Origin: Chlamydiales bacterium | Lineage (GTDB): Bacteria; Chlamydiota; Chlamydiia; Chlamydiales; JAAKFR01 | Direction of reading: 5' to 3' | NCBI GenBank assembly: GCA_041395025.1 | Contig: JAWLBH010000001.1 | Coordinates: forward strand, 198,410-262,409 | Length of the DNA stretch: 64,000 bases | Shown here: in pieces, positions 18,200 through 32,778 of the stretch | How positions within the stretch are numbered: the stretch's first letter is position 1 | Layout of the letters: every line of letters starts with the position of its first letter | Position numbers and translations under genes: made by a program | Notes under the pieces: generated by a model | The model's input: only the letters and a program-made list of their open reading frames with translations | The model's database searches: none | What the model was told of the DNA's origin: nothing

Positions 18200-19522
18200 A
18201 TGAAAAAAGAACCCAAAACATTTTACATGCGGACTTATGGATGCCAAATGAATGAACTCGATACTGAAGTCATGTCAGGTATTTTAGAGAGGCGAGGTTT
18301 AAAGCAAGTAGAAGAAGAGGTTGAAGCGGATCTGTTGATTTTTAATACCTGTTCAATTCGTGATTTAGCGGAACGAAAAGTCATGGGTAAAGTTGGGCAA
18401 CTGGGAAGAAAAAAAAACCGAACCCAAATCATTGGTATAACAGGATGTATGGCTAATGCAAAAAAAGAGAGCTTGTTTCAAAAACTTCCTCAAATCGATT
18501 TTTTATTAGGCACCAATAATATTCATCATCTCGATAAAGTTTTAGATGAAGTTTTATACAATCAAGAACAGACGATTTTTGCAGATGAAAAATTTTACCA
18601 AGAGCTTGACTATGTCAACGCAAAACGGACTGAGAAATATAAAGCTTATGTCTCAATCATTCGAGGATGTGATAAATATTGTACTTATTGTGTTGTCCCT
18701 TATACACGTGGTCCTGAAGTCTCTCGTCATCCAGATAGCATTCTTGAAGAATGTCAGAAATTAGTTGAGAAAGGATGTCAGGAGATTACTTTACTTGGTC
18801 AAAATGTGAATAGCTATGGTAAAGATCTTCATGAAATGCCTATCCTTTTTCATGATCTTCTTTATCAACTTGATAAAATTGAAGGATTAAACCGCATCCG
18901 TTTTTTAACAAGCCATCCTGTAGATATTACTCAAGAGCTGATGGAAGCGATTCGGGATCTGCCCAGCTTATGCGAACATGTGCATTTCCCATTACAATCT
19001 GGTTCTAATCGTATTTTACGCAAAATGCATCGGATCTACACAAAAGAAGAATATCTAAGTAAAGTCTCCCGTCTAAAAGACCTTGTTCCCCATGTCACTC
19101 TTGGGACTGACATGATTGTTGGTTTCCCAACAGAGACAGAAGAAGAATTTGAAGAAACAATGGATGCAATGCGCCATGTGCGTTATGGGAATGCATTTCT
19201 CTATACATACAGCCCTCGCAAGGGAACACCTGCAAAAAGATGGGCTGATGATATTTCTGAAAACGTCAAACATGAAAGACATCAACGTCTTCTCAATTTA
19301 CATAATCAAATTGCTGCAGAGTTGATGAAGGAAATGATCGGTCAGGAAGTTGAGATTCTTGTCGAAAGAAGAAACCATAAACACCCATCTTATCTTAAGG
19401 GATTGACTCGTTGTTGGCGTAATGTGATTTTTAAAGGAGAAGATCTACTTATCGGAACACTCCAAAAAGTGATTTTACGTAGTTTTACCCATAATACATT
19501 TTTTGCAGAACTTATCTCATGA
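18200..19522 (+). CDS. miaB: tRNA-2-methylthio-N6-dimethylallyladenosine synthase (radical SAM methylthiotransferase)
   Basis: 440 aa. N-terminal YMRTYGCQMNELDTEVM, radical-SAM CDKYCTYC, C-terminal TRAM-like domain. Confidence 0.9.
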   Translation: MKKEPKTFYMRTYGCQMNELDTEVMSGILERRGLKQVEEEVEADLLIFNTCSIRDLAERKVMGKVGQLGRKKNRTQIIGITGCMANAKKESLFQKLPQIDFLLGTNNIHHLDKVLDEVLYNQEQTIFADEKFYQELDYVNAKRTEKYKAYVSIIRGCDKYCTYCVVPYTRGPEVSRHPDSILEECQKLVEKGCQEITLLGQNVNSYGKDLHEMPILFHDLLYQLDKIEGLNRIRFLTSHPVDITQELMEAIRDLPSLCEHVHFPLQSGSNRILRKMHRIYTKEEYLSKVSRLKDLVPHVTLGTDMIVGFPTETEEEFEETMDAMRHVRYGNAFLYTYSPRKGTPAKRWADDISENVKHERHQRLLNLHNQIAAELMKEMIGQEVEILVERRNHKHPSYLKGLTRCWRNVIFKGEDLLIGTLQKVILRSFTHNTFFAELIS

Positions 19523-19557
19523 ATTCCAAGAAATATCAAATTTAACTATAAAAAATA

Positions 19558-23629
<4,072 letters not shown>

Positions 23630-23630
23630 A

Positions 23631-23999
23631 CTAACCTCTAATAAATTGATTTAAATATTCTTCAGTAGCTAAAAGAGCCTTGCTAAGCCTATATTTTAAG
23701 TACCCTAATTCTATGGTTTCCCCTCCCATTTGTAATTCTGTTAATGAATAACCACTCGTCTCTTCTGAAGCAATTTTAGCAAGAGATTTTGAATTCGTTA
23801 TAACCAAAGAAAGATAATAGTAAAAGACCTTGTCAACCTCTTGATCTAATAAACACAGATAGGCTAAATTGAAACAAATTTCTTTACTTTCATAAGAAAT
23901 AAATAGATTTTCTAGTATGTTGGTATTTTCTTTAAATTCAGATCTATAAATTGAAAAAGTCAAGAAAATTGGCACGAGATTTTTTTTCATATCACTCAT
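23631..23999 (-). CDS. Hypothetical protein translationally coupled to the kinase gene
   Basis: Stop TAG (23633-23631) lies 1 nt before the kinase ATG (23629). I use Met47 of the track ORF because the full 168-aa version would overlap the divergent yidC start. Start is uncertain. Confidence 0.4.
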   Translation of the reverse strand: MSDMKKNLVPIFLTFSIYRSEFKENTNILENLFISYESKEICFNLAYLCLLDQEVDKVFYYYLSLVITNSKSLAKIASEETSGYSLTELQMGGETIELGYLKYRLSKALLATEEYLNQFIRG

Positions 24000-24078
24000 A
24001 TGATCAGAAATTTCATCCTTTGTCAATAATAAAGGATCTGTTACTGTTAGGTCATTTTTATGAAATTTTTTCAAAAAT

Positions 24079-26499
24079 ATGGATAAAAGAACGATTATTT
24101 TTGTATTTCTTGTTAGTGTGACTTTCTTCGGTCTCAATTTTTTCTTCAGTTGTCAACGTGATGAAAAAAATCGTCGTTTTCTCAAAAATCAAGAATCAAC
24201 TGCAACTCATAAAAGGCAAGAAAAACAAGCTGAGATTGAAAACCGAACAGCTAAACTGCATCAACTCCCGATGGTTCAAATCTATCTTAATCCAGAAATC
24301 AATTATCCTACTGCTTATGGAATTAATATTCATGGCAATACTTTAACCCTTGCTTGGGATCACAATCTTCCTGACCTGATTTTTGTTAATCATCAACCTC
24401 AGGTTTTATTAACAGAAAATGTCGTGAAAGGAGGGGTGGTTATTTATGGAGAAAAACATGTTAACCATCTTGATATTTACTCTCTTCCTGACACAGGGAT
24501 ATTCGATCTTCAGATTGTTACATTTCCTATCAACGATCCGCCTCATGTACATTTTGGTAATTTAAAAGATGGAGAGCTCATCATTCCATCTGGTTCAATT
24601 GATCAAAATGGGGTGGCTCTATACCACTCACCAGTGGGTTGGTTTCCAATTGGTTTTTATGATTGGAAAGCCAACATTCTCATTGAATTACAACATCTAC
24701 CTAATTTAACAGACATACTCAATCCACTTACCATTGATTCTAACCGTAAAAATACTCAAGAAGAGAAAATTTATGTATTAGAAAATGCCTATCAACAAAT
24801 CGTATTTTCAAATATTGGGGGAGCAATTGTTGAAATTAATCTGCCTTTTCAAAGTGAAAAGAATCCGGATAGTGTAATCAAAGAAATTGGTTTTGATCGT
24901 GAGATTCTTGATCACCATCCAAGTCACGCCCATTTTCCTTTAGCTCCTTACTATACATCCGACGACACAACACCCCATTTATCTGGAAAACTTGGGGGAT
25001 ATTATCCCCTATTAAGACGAAACTTATCAGATAAAAGAAACCTGTCTATGTCTCCTCAATATTATGCTTTGAATCTTGTGTCAGACTATCCTGAAATTGC
25101 AGAGTTAGTCTATGAAGTGATTGAGTTCACTCCCACAAAAATCGTATTTGAAGCTAATCAACCTCAAAGAAAAATTACAAAAACTTATACTTTAAACCCA
25201 GACAATAGTGGTCCTCCTTATATTTTTTATTTATCTCTTCGCATTGATGGAGATAGCCGTCGTCTTTGGTTAACTTCAGGGGTTCCTGAGGTCGAAATTA
25301 TGTCTAATTCTTCTTCTCCCCAAATTCAGTATTATCTAAATTCTCAAGGGAAAAAAGAGGTAAAAAAACTCTCTCTTCCTAAAGTAAAAGAGGTGATTAA
25401 TGTTGGATCGATTCATCCTGACTGGATCGTAAATTCAAATGGATATTTAGGGATCATTATGGATCCTTTAAATGAGATGAGCTCAGGCTATCGAGCGACT
25501 GCTATTCCAGGATCTCTGGTGCCAACACGTCTTTCATTAATTGATCCAAACTACAAACCTTACCCAGCTTCAAAATACCCTGGATACCAAACACTCCTTC
25601 CGATTCCTACCACAGGAGGAACGTTAAATTTTCGTATCTATGCCGGAGCATTTGAAGAAGCTGTTCTAAAAAAAATCGATACTTACTACTCAGATTCCCT
25701 AGGTGATGATCCGAATTATATTGCTAGTCGGACATTTTACGGGTGGTTTTCCTTTATTTCTGAGCCGTTTGCAAAGCTTCTCTTTATTGTGATGAAGTTT
25801 TTCCATCATTTGACCTGTTCATGGGGATTTTCTATTATTCTTCTCACAATTTTTTTACGTATCCTTCTCTATCCACTTAATGCTTGGTCCATCAAATCGA
25901 TGAGGCGTATGCAGCTGCTTTCTCCTCAAATCCAAAACCTTCAGAAAAAGTATAAAAAAGAGCCAAAGAAAGCACAAATTGAGATTATGTCTCTATACAG
26001 AGAAAAACACGTCAATCCATTTACTGGATGTATTCCAATCTTAATTCAAATTCCTTTTCTGATTGCCATGTTTGATCTGTTAAAATCTTCTTTCCAGCTT
26101 AGAGGAGCTGTTTTTATTCCTGGTTGGATTAATGACTTAACTGCCCCTGATGTTCTCTTTCAATGGAAAACTCCCATTTTTTTTATTGGTAACCAATTTC
26201 ACTTGCTCCCTCTCTTACTTGGTTTAGTCATGTTTTTACAGCAAAAGTTGACTTCTACAACTCCTAAAGACCCAGCACAAATGACAGATCAACAGAAGCA
26301 ACAAAAGACAATGGGGACCATTATGACTATTGTATTTATGGTGATGTTCTATCATTTTCCTTCAGGTTTGAATCTATACTGGCTCTCTTCAATGCTTCTT
26401 GGAATCGGTCAAACATTAATGACCAATCGTTTACTAGATAAAAAAAATCAACATGTTCAACAACCGATTCTACAAAAAAAGAAAAACTCTCTAAAATAA
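24079..26499 (+). CDS. yidC: Membrane protein insertase YidC (long form)
   Basis: 806 aa. N-terminal TM segment, large periplasmic domain, then the conserved core LLYPLNAWSIKSMRRMQLLSPQIQNLQKKYK...MSLYREKHVNPFTGCIPILIQIPFLIAMF. Confidence 0.95.
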   Translation: MDKRTIIFVFLVSVTFFGLNFFFSCQRDEKNRRFLKNQESTATHKRQEKQAEIENRTAKLHQLPMVQIYLNPEINYPTAYGINIHGNTLTLAWDHNLPDLIFVNHQPQVLLTENVVKGGVVIYGEKHVNHLDIYSLPDTGIFDLQIVTFPINDPPHVHFGNLKDGELIIPSGSIDQNGVALYHSPVGWFPIGFYDWKANILIELQHLPNLTDILNPLTIDSNRKNTQEEKIYVLENAYQQIVFSNIGGAIVEINLPFQSEKNPDSVIKEIGFDREILDHHPSHAHFPLAPYYTSDDTTPHLSGKLGGYYPLLRRNLSDKRNLSMSPQYYALNLVSDYPEIAELVYEVIEFTPTKIVFEANQPQRKITKTYTLNPDNSGPPYIFYLSLRIDGDSRRLWLTSGVPEVEIMSNSSSPQIQYYLNSQGKKEVKKLSLPKVKEVINVGSIHPDWIVNSNGYLGIIMDPLNEMSSGYRATAIPGSLVPTRLSLIDPNYKPYPASKYPGYQTLLPIPTTGGTLNFRIYAGAFEEAVLKKIDTYYSDSLGDDPNYIASRTFYGWFSFISEPFAKLLFIVMKFFHHLTCSWGFSIILLTIFLRILLYPLNAWSIKSMRRMQLLSPQIQNLQKKYKKEPKKAQIEIMSLYREKHVNPFTGCIPILIQIPFLIAMFDLLKSSFQLRGAVFIPGWINDLTAPDVLFQWKTPIFFIGNQFHLLPLLLGLVMFLQQKLTSTTPKDPAQMTDQQKQQKTMGTIMTIVFMVMFYHFPSGLNLYWLSSMLLGIGQTLMTNRLLDKKNQHVQQPILQKKKNSLK

Positions 26500-26613
26500 T
26501 TCTAGAAAAAATGTTCTAATCGAGCTATGACGTTTAATATAACGGTATTGTAAATTTAAGGATTCTCTTCCGAATAAGATCTATTTAAAACTTAATTCAA
26601 GGTGATCTTTTAG

Positions 26614-27996
26614 ATGCGTGCTTGGGAAGAATTTCTTGTAGAACAAGAACAGAAAATTGGTAAAGAGATTGTCGAAAAATGGTTGAGACCATTGAAAGTA
26701 GTGCGTTTTGACGCATGTAATCTCTATCTAGAAGCTAAAGATTCGTTCAAATCGATTTGGTTTGAAGAACACATGCGTCACCGTGTTGAAACAGGATTCT
26801 ATAACAACAATCATAAACAAATTAAAGTACATCTTTCAATTGCTTCTCAGACTATTGATAAAAAAAGAAAAAAAACAAATTTTATTTCAAATGAAAATTC
26901 AACATTTCATATTGATTTCAATGATTTTGATTGTGAAGCTCGCTTTGATAACTATATCCCTTCACAAGAGAATCTTCTAGCTTATAAGCTCCTTTGTGAA
27001 GCTTCTGGAATCAATTCAGATAATTTGAAACCAACCCAAGAAAAAAAATCCTCTTTAACTTTTAATCCAATCTACCTATTTGGACGCTCAGGAACTGGAA
27101 AAACTCACCTTATGATGGCAGCGGCAAATCAATTAAAAGAAGCAGGTCAAAAAGTTCTTTATGTAAGAGCTGATACATTTACTGAGCATGTGGTTGGTGC
27201 AATCCGATCGGGTGAGATGCAAGCATTTCGCAAAGCCTATCGGAATGCTGATGCTTTATTTATTGATGATGTGGAAATTTTTTCACGTAAAGGAGCAACT
27301 CAAGAAGAACTTTTTCATACTTTCAATACTCTTCATATTCAGAATAAGCAGCTAATTTTTAGTGCTGTGTGTGCACCACAAGATCTTAAATTTATCGAAC
27401 CTCGATTAATCAGCCGTTTCGAATGGGGAATTGTTATTCCTCTCCAAATGGCTGAAAAAGAAGAAATGAGAACCATTTTAAATCAACACATTAAAAAAAC
27501 AGGTTTTGCTCTTGAAGACTCTGTTATCTCCTTTCTTTTAGACAGATTTGGAAGTAATACAAAAGGATTAATTCGGGCTTTTAACGCACTTGTTTTGCGT
27601 ACTCATCTTAATAAAGAGATTGGCAATCCTCTCTCTCTTCCACTTTCTCTAAAATCTGTTGAGCAATCTCTTGGAGATTTAATTCAAGAAGAAGAAAAAA
27701 TTGCTCTGACTCCAGGTAAAATCATACGTACTGTAGCTCAATATTATGGCATTCGAATGGAAGATATTTTGAGTAAATCTCAGGCACGAGATTGCGCTCT
27801 CCCCCGCCAAATTGCTATGCATTTATGCCGCCAAGAACTCAATCTTCCTTTTATGAAGATCGGAGATCTCTTCACCCGTGATCATTCAACTGTCATGGCA
27901 TCTGTCAAACAAATTCAAAAAAGACTGGATACAAAAAATCATGAAATTGGAGGATCTGTGAAAGGAATTCTTAAACTACTTGAAGCGTCTAGTTAG
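26614..27996 (+). CDS. dnaA: Chromosomal replication initiator protein DnaA
   Basis: 460 aa. Walker A GRSGTGKTHL, DDVEIF box, C-terminal DNA-binding helix RQIAMHLCRQ...FTRDHSTVMASVKQI. Confidence 0.95.
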   Translation: MRAWEEFLVEQEQKIGKEIVEKWLRPLKVVRFDACNLYLEAKDSFKSIWFEEHMRHRVETGFYNNNHKQIKVHLSIASQTIDKKRKKTNFISNENSTFHIDFNDFDCEARFDNYIPSQENLLAYKLLCEASGINSDNLKPTQEKKSSLTFNPIYLFGRSGTGKTHLMMAAANQLKEAGQKVLYVRADTFTEHVVGAIRSGEMQAFRKAYRNADALFIDDVEIFSRKGATQEELFHTFNTLHIQNKQLIFSAVCAPQDLKFIEPRLISRFEWGIVIPLQMAEKEEMRTILNQHIKKTGFALEDSVISFLLDRFGSNTKGLIRAFNALVLRTHLNKEIGNPLSLPLSLKSVEQSLGDLIQEEEKIALTPGKIIRTVAQYYGIRMEDILSKSQARDCALPRQIAMHLCRQELNLPFMKIGDLFTRDHSTVMASVKQIQKRLDTKNHEIGGSVKGILKLLEASS

Positions 27997-28022
27997 CTTT
28001 TAGCCAATAAAAATGTGCTCTT

Positions 28023-29846
28023 TTAAAACTTAGGATGATTAAAACAAGAACTATTAATACGTCCTAAATAATCTTGATAAGTCAATTTAAGTCCCTCTTT
28101 TAAAGAAACTTCTGGATGCCATCCCATTTGAGTAATACGAGAAATATCACATTTTTTTCGAGGTATCCCATCTGGTTTAGAAAGATCTTGAACTAGCTGG
28201 CCTTCGTAATTCACTACTTGTGCAATCATGTTTGCTAGCTGTCCAATTGTCACTTCTTCATTTGATCCAATATTAATGTGATCAGGATGGTTATAGTATT
28301 TTAGGAGATAAAGACAACCTTTTGCTAGATCGTCTACATATAGAAATTCACGCAATGCTTTCCCTTGTCCCCAAATTGATACTTCAGAGAGATTTTCTTC
28401 TTTAGCTTTTTGAAAACGATGAATTAGGCCGGGAATGACATGAGAATTTTCAGGATGGTAGTTATCTCCTGGACCATAGAGATTAGTTGGCATAACTGCA
28501 ATATACTGACAGTCATACTGTTGACGATAATATTGACAAAGTTTGATACCAGCAATCTTAGCAATTGCATAAGCTTCATTAGTTTTTTCAAGTGATCCAG
28601 TTAAAAGAGACATTTCCTGAATCGGTTGAGCTGCTTCTCTTGGGTAGATGCAGGTGCTTCCAAGATAAAGCAAACGCTCGACATTAGCTTGATAAGATTC
28701 ATGAATAAGATTAGAAGCAATCATTAAATTTGTATAAATAAAGTCAGCAGGATAGGTTGTATTCGCATAGATTCCTCCAACCTTTCCTGCTGCAATAATC
28801 ACAATATCTGGTTGATGACGATGAATAAAAAGACGTACTGCCATTTGATTAACACAATCAAGCTCTTGTGATGAAGGGGTTAAAAGTTGAGTATATCCTT
28901 GACTAAGAAGAAGACGCTTAATCGCGCTCCCTACCATCCCATAGCTCCCTGCAATAAAAATCTTGTGATTAGTCTTGAGATAGGGTTCCATTTTTGCATG
29001 TAAATAGTAAAAAACCAATAAATAGATACCTAGAATGACAAATGGAATACTAAGAAATTGCCCCATTGTTAAAGCAGATTCTCGATCGAACCATTCATTC
29101 TGAGGCATTTTCAAAAATTCAATCAAAAAACGCAAACCAAAAGTTAGCAAGAAAAACCAACCACTTAATAAACCTACACCAATATGAGAAGGACGATACC
29201 GCCAAATCAGAAAAAGGAATACAAAGATCCCAAAATAAGTGATAGATTCATAGATTTGTACTGGATGGAGTGCTACCCCTGGAATTCCATCAACAGGGTG
29301 GACAAAGACAATACCCCAAGGGAGATTTGTTGGGATTCCATTGATTTCTTGGTTCATAAAATTTCCCATTCGAATACATCCTCCTGCAAAAGCGGTGGGA
29401 ATCACAAGGAGGTCTAATAGACAAAGAAAGGTAATTTTTGGTTTAGATTGACGGTTCCACCAAATAAAAATTAAAAGACTAATCAGAATTCCAACAGCTC
29501 CACCATGGCTCGATAACCCTCCTTCCCAAACTCTCAAAATATCCTCAGGATGATTAAAATAGTAAGACCAACCATAGAAAAATACATGTCCAAGACGAGC
29601 TCCAATAACTGTTCCAAACAGAACAAACATCGACAGCCTATCAGCAAATTGCATCGAAGAGATGTTTGCTTTTTCAGAAGATTGCCCTTTTTGTTCTAAA
29701 AATTTTCTAAAAATTTTCCGAACTAAAAAATAACCAACTAAAAAACCAAAGGCAAAAAACAACCCATAAAAAGTCATAGGGTGGTTGATATAAGGGAGAA
29801 CAAAAAAAACTCTATCGGGGTCCCAGTGAAGATACCCAAAAATCAT
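28023..29846 (-). CDS. lgt: Fusion protein: prolipoprotein diacylglyceryl transferase (N) + GDP-L-fucose synthase (C)
   Basis: One uninterrupted 607-aa ORF. Residues ~1-285 are Lgt (GARLGHVFFY, VWEGGLSSHGG, IRMGNFMNQEINGIPTNLPWG, HPVQIYES). Residues ~295-607 are near-colinear with E. coli Fcl (KIFIAGSYGMVGSAI, AAGKVGGIYANTTYPADFIY, YLGSTCIYP, NEAYAIAKIAGIKLC, MPTNLYGPGDNYHPENSHVIP, SKPDGIPRK). Confidence 0.85.
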   Translation of the reverse strand: MIFGYLHWDPDRVFFVLPYINHPMTFYGLFFAFGFLVGYFLVRKIFRKFLEQKGQSSEKANISSMQFADRLSMFVLFGTVIGARLGHVFFYGWSYYFNHPEDILRVWEGGLSSHGGAVGILISLLIFIWWNRQSKPKITFLCLLDLLVIPTAFAGGCIRMGNFMNQEINGIPTNLPWGIVFVHPVDGIPGVALHPVQIYESITYFGIFVFLFLIWRYRPSHIGVGLLSGWFFLLTFGLRFLIEFLKMPQNEWFDRESALTMGQFLSIPFVILGIYLLVFYYLHAKMEPYLKTNHKIFIAGSYGMVGSAIKRLLLSQGYTQLLTPSSQELDCVNQMAVRLFIHRHQPDIVIIAAGKVGGIYANTTYPADFIYTNLMIASNLIHESYQANVERLLYLGSTCIYPREAAQPIQEMSLLTGSLEKTNEAYAIAKIAGIKLCQYYRQQYDCQYIAVMPTNLYGPGDNYHPENSHVIPGLIHRFQKAKEENLSEVSIWGQGKALREFLYVDDLAKGCLYLLKYYNHPDHINIGSNEEVTIGQLANMIAQVVNYEGQLVQDLSKPDGIPRKKCDISRITQMGWHPEVSLKEGLKLTYQDYLGRINSSCFNHPKF

Positions 29847-29911
29847 TTCAATCCCTAGAGAAAAAATGAGAATTAATTATATACTCAAAAACAAAAAAAA
29901 CAATAACAACT

Positions 29912-30403
29912 ATGTATTTTAAACACCACACTCTTATTACGATAGCAGGGTTGGTCTGGTTAAGTATTGGGATTTTTCTTCTTTCCCTTGGATTAAATTT
30001 TATCCTACAAGCTCCCAATCTCCCCTCTTCAGCTAAATTCTCTATCCTTGAAATCACTTTAAATTTTATCCTGCATAAAAATCATGCCATTCTCTTTTTA
30101 CTGATCTTCGGGTTACTTATCGGGCTATTTAAAGGACGCATGATACTCAGTAAAACTGTAAATAAACAAGTGGATCGCATTTTAGCCCTGCCTAATCCTA
30201 CACACATAAAATATTTATATAAAAAAAATCACTATTTTTTGATTGCTTTCATGATGAGTTTAGGAATGATCTTACGTTATCTACCGATTACTATTGACAC
30301 ACGTGGTTTTATTGATATCGCTATAGGAACAGCTTTGATTCATGGCTCAATTCTCTATTTCCGATCTGCGATTAACGCTAATTGTTTGAAAAAGGGATTT
30401 TGA
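29912..30403 (+). CDS. Hypothetical integral membrane protein (about 4 TM)
   Basis: 163-aa ORF with four hydrophobic stretches. I recognise no motif. Confidence 0.5.
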   Translation: MYFKHHTLITIAGLVWLSIGIFLLSLGLNFILQAPNLPSSAKFSILEITLNFILHKNHAILFLLIFGLLIGLFKGRMILSKTVNKQVDRILALPNPTHIKYLYKKNHYFLIAFMMSLGMILRYLPITIDTRGFIDIAIGTALIHGSILYFRSAINANCLKKGF

Positions 30404-30406
30404 AAA

Positions 30407-31456
30407 GTGGCGATTTCAACCAATTTTGTACGCATTTTATTCATGCTCCTAAGTGTGATTTGTATGATAGCTTTTGCTGCCCGGATACAAATTCATCCTG
30501 GTTTGAATGACTATCTCTTTGGGACGATTTTAGGATTAATAATAGGTGGAGTAGTTCTTGGATTAGATCTTATGTTTCATCGTTTTACCCTTCGTTCTTT
30601 TAATGCGGTGATCCTTGGTCTGTTTATCGGATATCTCATGGCTCTTGCTCTTCTTTTGATTCTTGATACTATTCTGGAGATATTTCCTATCCAAACTCAC
30701 CATGCTTTTATTGAAATGATTCGTATTTTCATTTTTCTATTTGGGTCTTATTTTGGAGTGATAATGACATTACGCGCATCTAATCAACTTTATTTAACCA
30801 TTCCATTTATCAAACTTACTCCTGCTAAGAGTCATATTAAGCATATCCTTCTTGATATTTCTGCTCTTTGTGATCCACGAATTATTGATCTAGCTGCCTC
30901 AGGACTTTTAGATAAACAACTCATTATTCCCCATTTTGTCTTAAAAGAGCTGCATCATCAAGAAGAGGGAAATGATCCAGATGCGAGCATAAGAGCAAAA
31001 AGAGCTCTCGAAGTAATCAAACAATTAGAGAGGAAAACAGAATTAGGTTTAAGTTATCATCAAACTGATTTTCCAGAAGTCCAAGATTTGACTGATAAAG
31101 TTTTTAGATTAGCTCGTCTTTTAGATGCAAACATTCTTTCCCTCGATCTCAACCGTACTCAAAGTCAAGACACAACAGTAAAAGTCATTAATATCCACTC
31201 CCTGATCAACGGCCTAAAACCTCTGATGCAAAAAGGTGAAGAAATGAAAGTCAAAATTCAACGTCAAGGTAAAGAAAATCTTCAAGGAGTAGGTTATTGT
31301 GAAGATGGCACAATGGTTGTAGTGAATGGAGGAGGTGAGCATATGGGGGAAATAGTGACTGCTCATGTGCTTTCTGTGAAACATACTTCCTCTGGAAGGA
31401 TGATTTTTTGTAATATTATCGAGAATAAAAATCATGATGCAGAAAACTTATCCTGA
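30407..31456 (+). CDS. YacL-like membrane protein with PIN and TRAM domains
   Basis: 349 aa, GTG start. Four N-terminal TM helices, a PIN-like block (ILLDISALCDPRIIDLAASGLL), and a C-terminal TRAM-like block (VKIQRQGKENLQGVGYCEDGTMVVVNGG...SGRMIF). Confidence 0.7.
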   Translation: MAISTNFVRILFMLLSVICMIAFAARIQIHPGLNDYLFGTILGLIIGGVVLGLDLMFHRFTLRSFNAVILGLFIGYLMALALLLILDTILEIFPIQTHHAFIEMIRIFIFLFGSYFGVIMTLRASNQLYLTIPFIKLTPAKSHIKHILLDISALCDPRIIDLAASGLLDKQLIIPHFVLKELHHQEEGNDPDASIRAKRALEVIKQLERKTELGLSYHQTDFPEVQDLTDKVFRLARLLDANILSLDLNRTQSQDTTVKVINIHSLINGLKPLMQKGEEMKVKIQRQGKENLQGVGYCEDGTMVVVNGGGEHMGEIVTAHVLSVKHTSSGRMIFCNIIENKNHDAENLS

Positions 31457-31844
31457 ATCTATTATTGGGATTGGAACAGATATTATTGCAATCCATCGAA
31501 TCAAAAAAGCCGTTCATCGGCATGGAGAGCGTTTTATCGATCGTCTTTTTACAGAAAAAGAAAGAGCTTATTGTACAAGTCAAAAAGATCCCTTTCCCCG
31601 TTATACAGGAAGATTTGCTGCCAAAGAAGCGATTGTTAAAACACTTGGCATCTATCCTGATATCCAAATTCAGTGGCGAGAAATAGAAATTTTGAATGAT
31701 ACTTGTGGAAAACCTGAAGTCTATTTATCAAAACGACTTCAAGAAGTATTTTTATTTCATCGCTTTTTTATTTCGATCAGTCATTGCAAAGATTATGCAA
31801 CTGCAATGGCTCTCTTAGTTGGAGGCGTAGATGAAAAAACATAA
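31434..31844 (+). CDS. acpS: Holo-[acyl-carrier-protein] synthase
   Basis: 136 aa. [35 protein letters not shown] and SISHCKDYA match AcpS. Confidence 0.9.
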   Translation: MMQKTYPESIIGIGTDIIAIHRIKKAVHRHGERFIDRLFTEKERAYCTSQKDPFPRYTGRFAAKEAIVKTLGIYPDIQIQWREIEILNDTCGKPEVYLSKRLQEVFLFHRFFISISHCKDYATAMALLVGGVDEKT

Positions 31845-32778
31845 TAAAGTCATCATTATTGGATCAGGGCCTGCTGGATATACTGCTGCGCTTTATACTG
31901 CTCGTGCTAATCTTGAGCCTGTTTTGTATGAAGGGTTTTTTTCAGGACCTGCAGGTGGTCAACTGATGACAACAACCGAAGTAGAAAATTATCCTGGATT
32001 TCCTGATGGTATTACTGGTCCTAAAATGATGGAAGCTTTTCGTAAACAATGTGTAAGATTTGATACTGAACTATTACAAGAAGATGTCCATAGGCTGGAT
32101 TTGTCTCACAGACCCTTTAAAGTATTTGGGAAAAAAACGATAAAAACAGGGGATGCGATTATCATTGCCACTGGAGCCACAGCAAAAAAACTGGATATCC
32201 CTGGAGCAGGAGAAGATGAATTTTGGCAAAAAGGCGTCACTGCATGTGCCATCTGTGATGGAGCGATGCCTATTTTTCGAGGAAAGACCCTTTATGTCAT
32301 TGGGGGTGGTGACTCAGCGGTAGAAGAAGCCATCTTTCTTACTAAATATGGAGAAAAAGTGTATCTTGTTCACAGACGAGATTGCTTACGTGCTTCAAAA
32401 ATCATGGCAGAACGTGCCATGAACCACCCAAAAATTGAAATCTTATGGAATTCAGTCATTACAAAAATTGATGGAGAAAGAGTTGTCTCCTCAGTAACTA
32501 TCCAAAATGTGAAGACAAAAGAAACTGAGATAAAGGAAGCAGCAGGGGTATTTTTTGCTATTGGTCATCAACCAAATACCGAATTTCTACAAGGACAACT
32601 GAAGACAAATAATGGCTATCTTGTTGTAAAGGCTGGTTCCACTCATACAAGCATCGATGGTGTTTTTGCTGCTGGTGATGTTCAAGATCCAATTTATCGC
32701 CAAGCCATCACCGCAGCTGGAAGTGGTTGTATGGCTGCTATTGATGCAGAAAGATGGCTGACAGAAAATTCAGGTTAA
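31831..32778 (+). CDS. trxB: Thioredoxin reductase
   Basis: 315 aa. FAD site [10 protein letters not shown], redox CAICDG, NADPH site [11 protein letters not shown]-terminal [16 protein letters not shown]. Confidence 0.95.
   Translation: MKKHNKVIIIGSGPAGYTAALYTARANLEPVLYEGFFSGPAGGQLMTTTEVENYPGFPDGITGPKMMEAFRKQCVRFDTELLQEDVHRLDLSHRPFKVFGKKTIKTGDAIIIATGATAKKLDIPGAGEDEFWQKGVTACAICDGAMPIFRGKTLYVIGGGDSAVEEAIFLTKYGEKVYLVHRRDCLRASKIMAERAMNHPKIEILWNSVITKIDGERVVSSVTIQNVKTKETEIKEAAGVFFAIGHQPNTEFLQGQLKTNNGYLVVKAGSTHTSIDGVFAAGDVQDPIYRQAITAAGSGCMAAIDAERWLTENSG

Noticed and set aside
23631-24137. Full-length 168-aa version of the ORF upstream of the kinase
   Set aside because: Its first ~20 codons would overlap the divergently transcribed yidC start (24079) and leave no promoter space. 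An internal Met at 23999 or 23990 is more plausible.
26500-26613. Looked for an origin of replication (DnaA boxes TTATCCACA/TGTGGATAA and close variants) next to dnaA
   Set aside because: I found no convincing DnaA-box cluster in the yidC-dnaA spacer, nor in the 26 nt after dnaA. Chlamydiae are known to have two dnaA paralogues, so dnaA alone is not evidence for oriC here.
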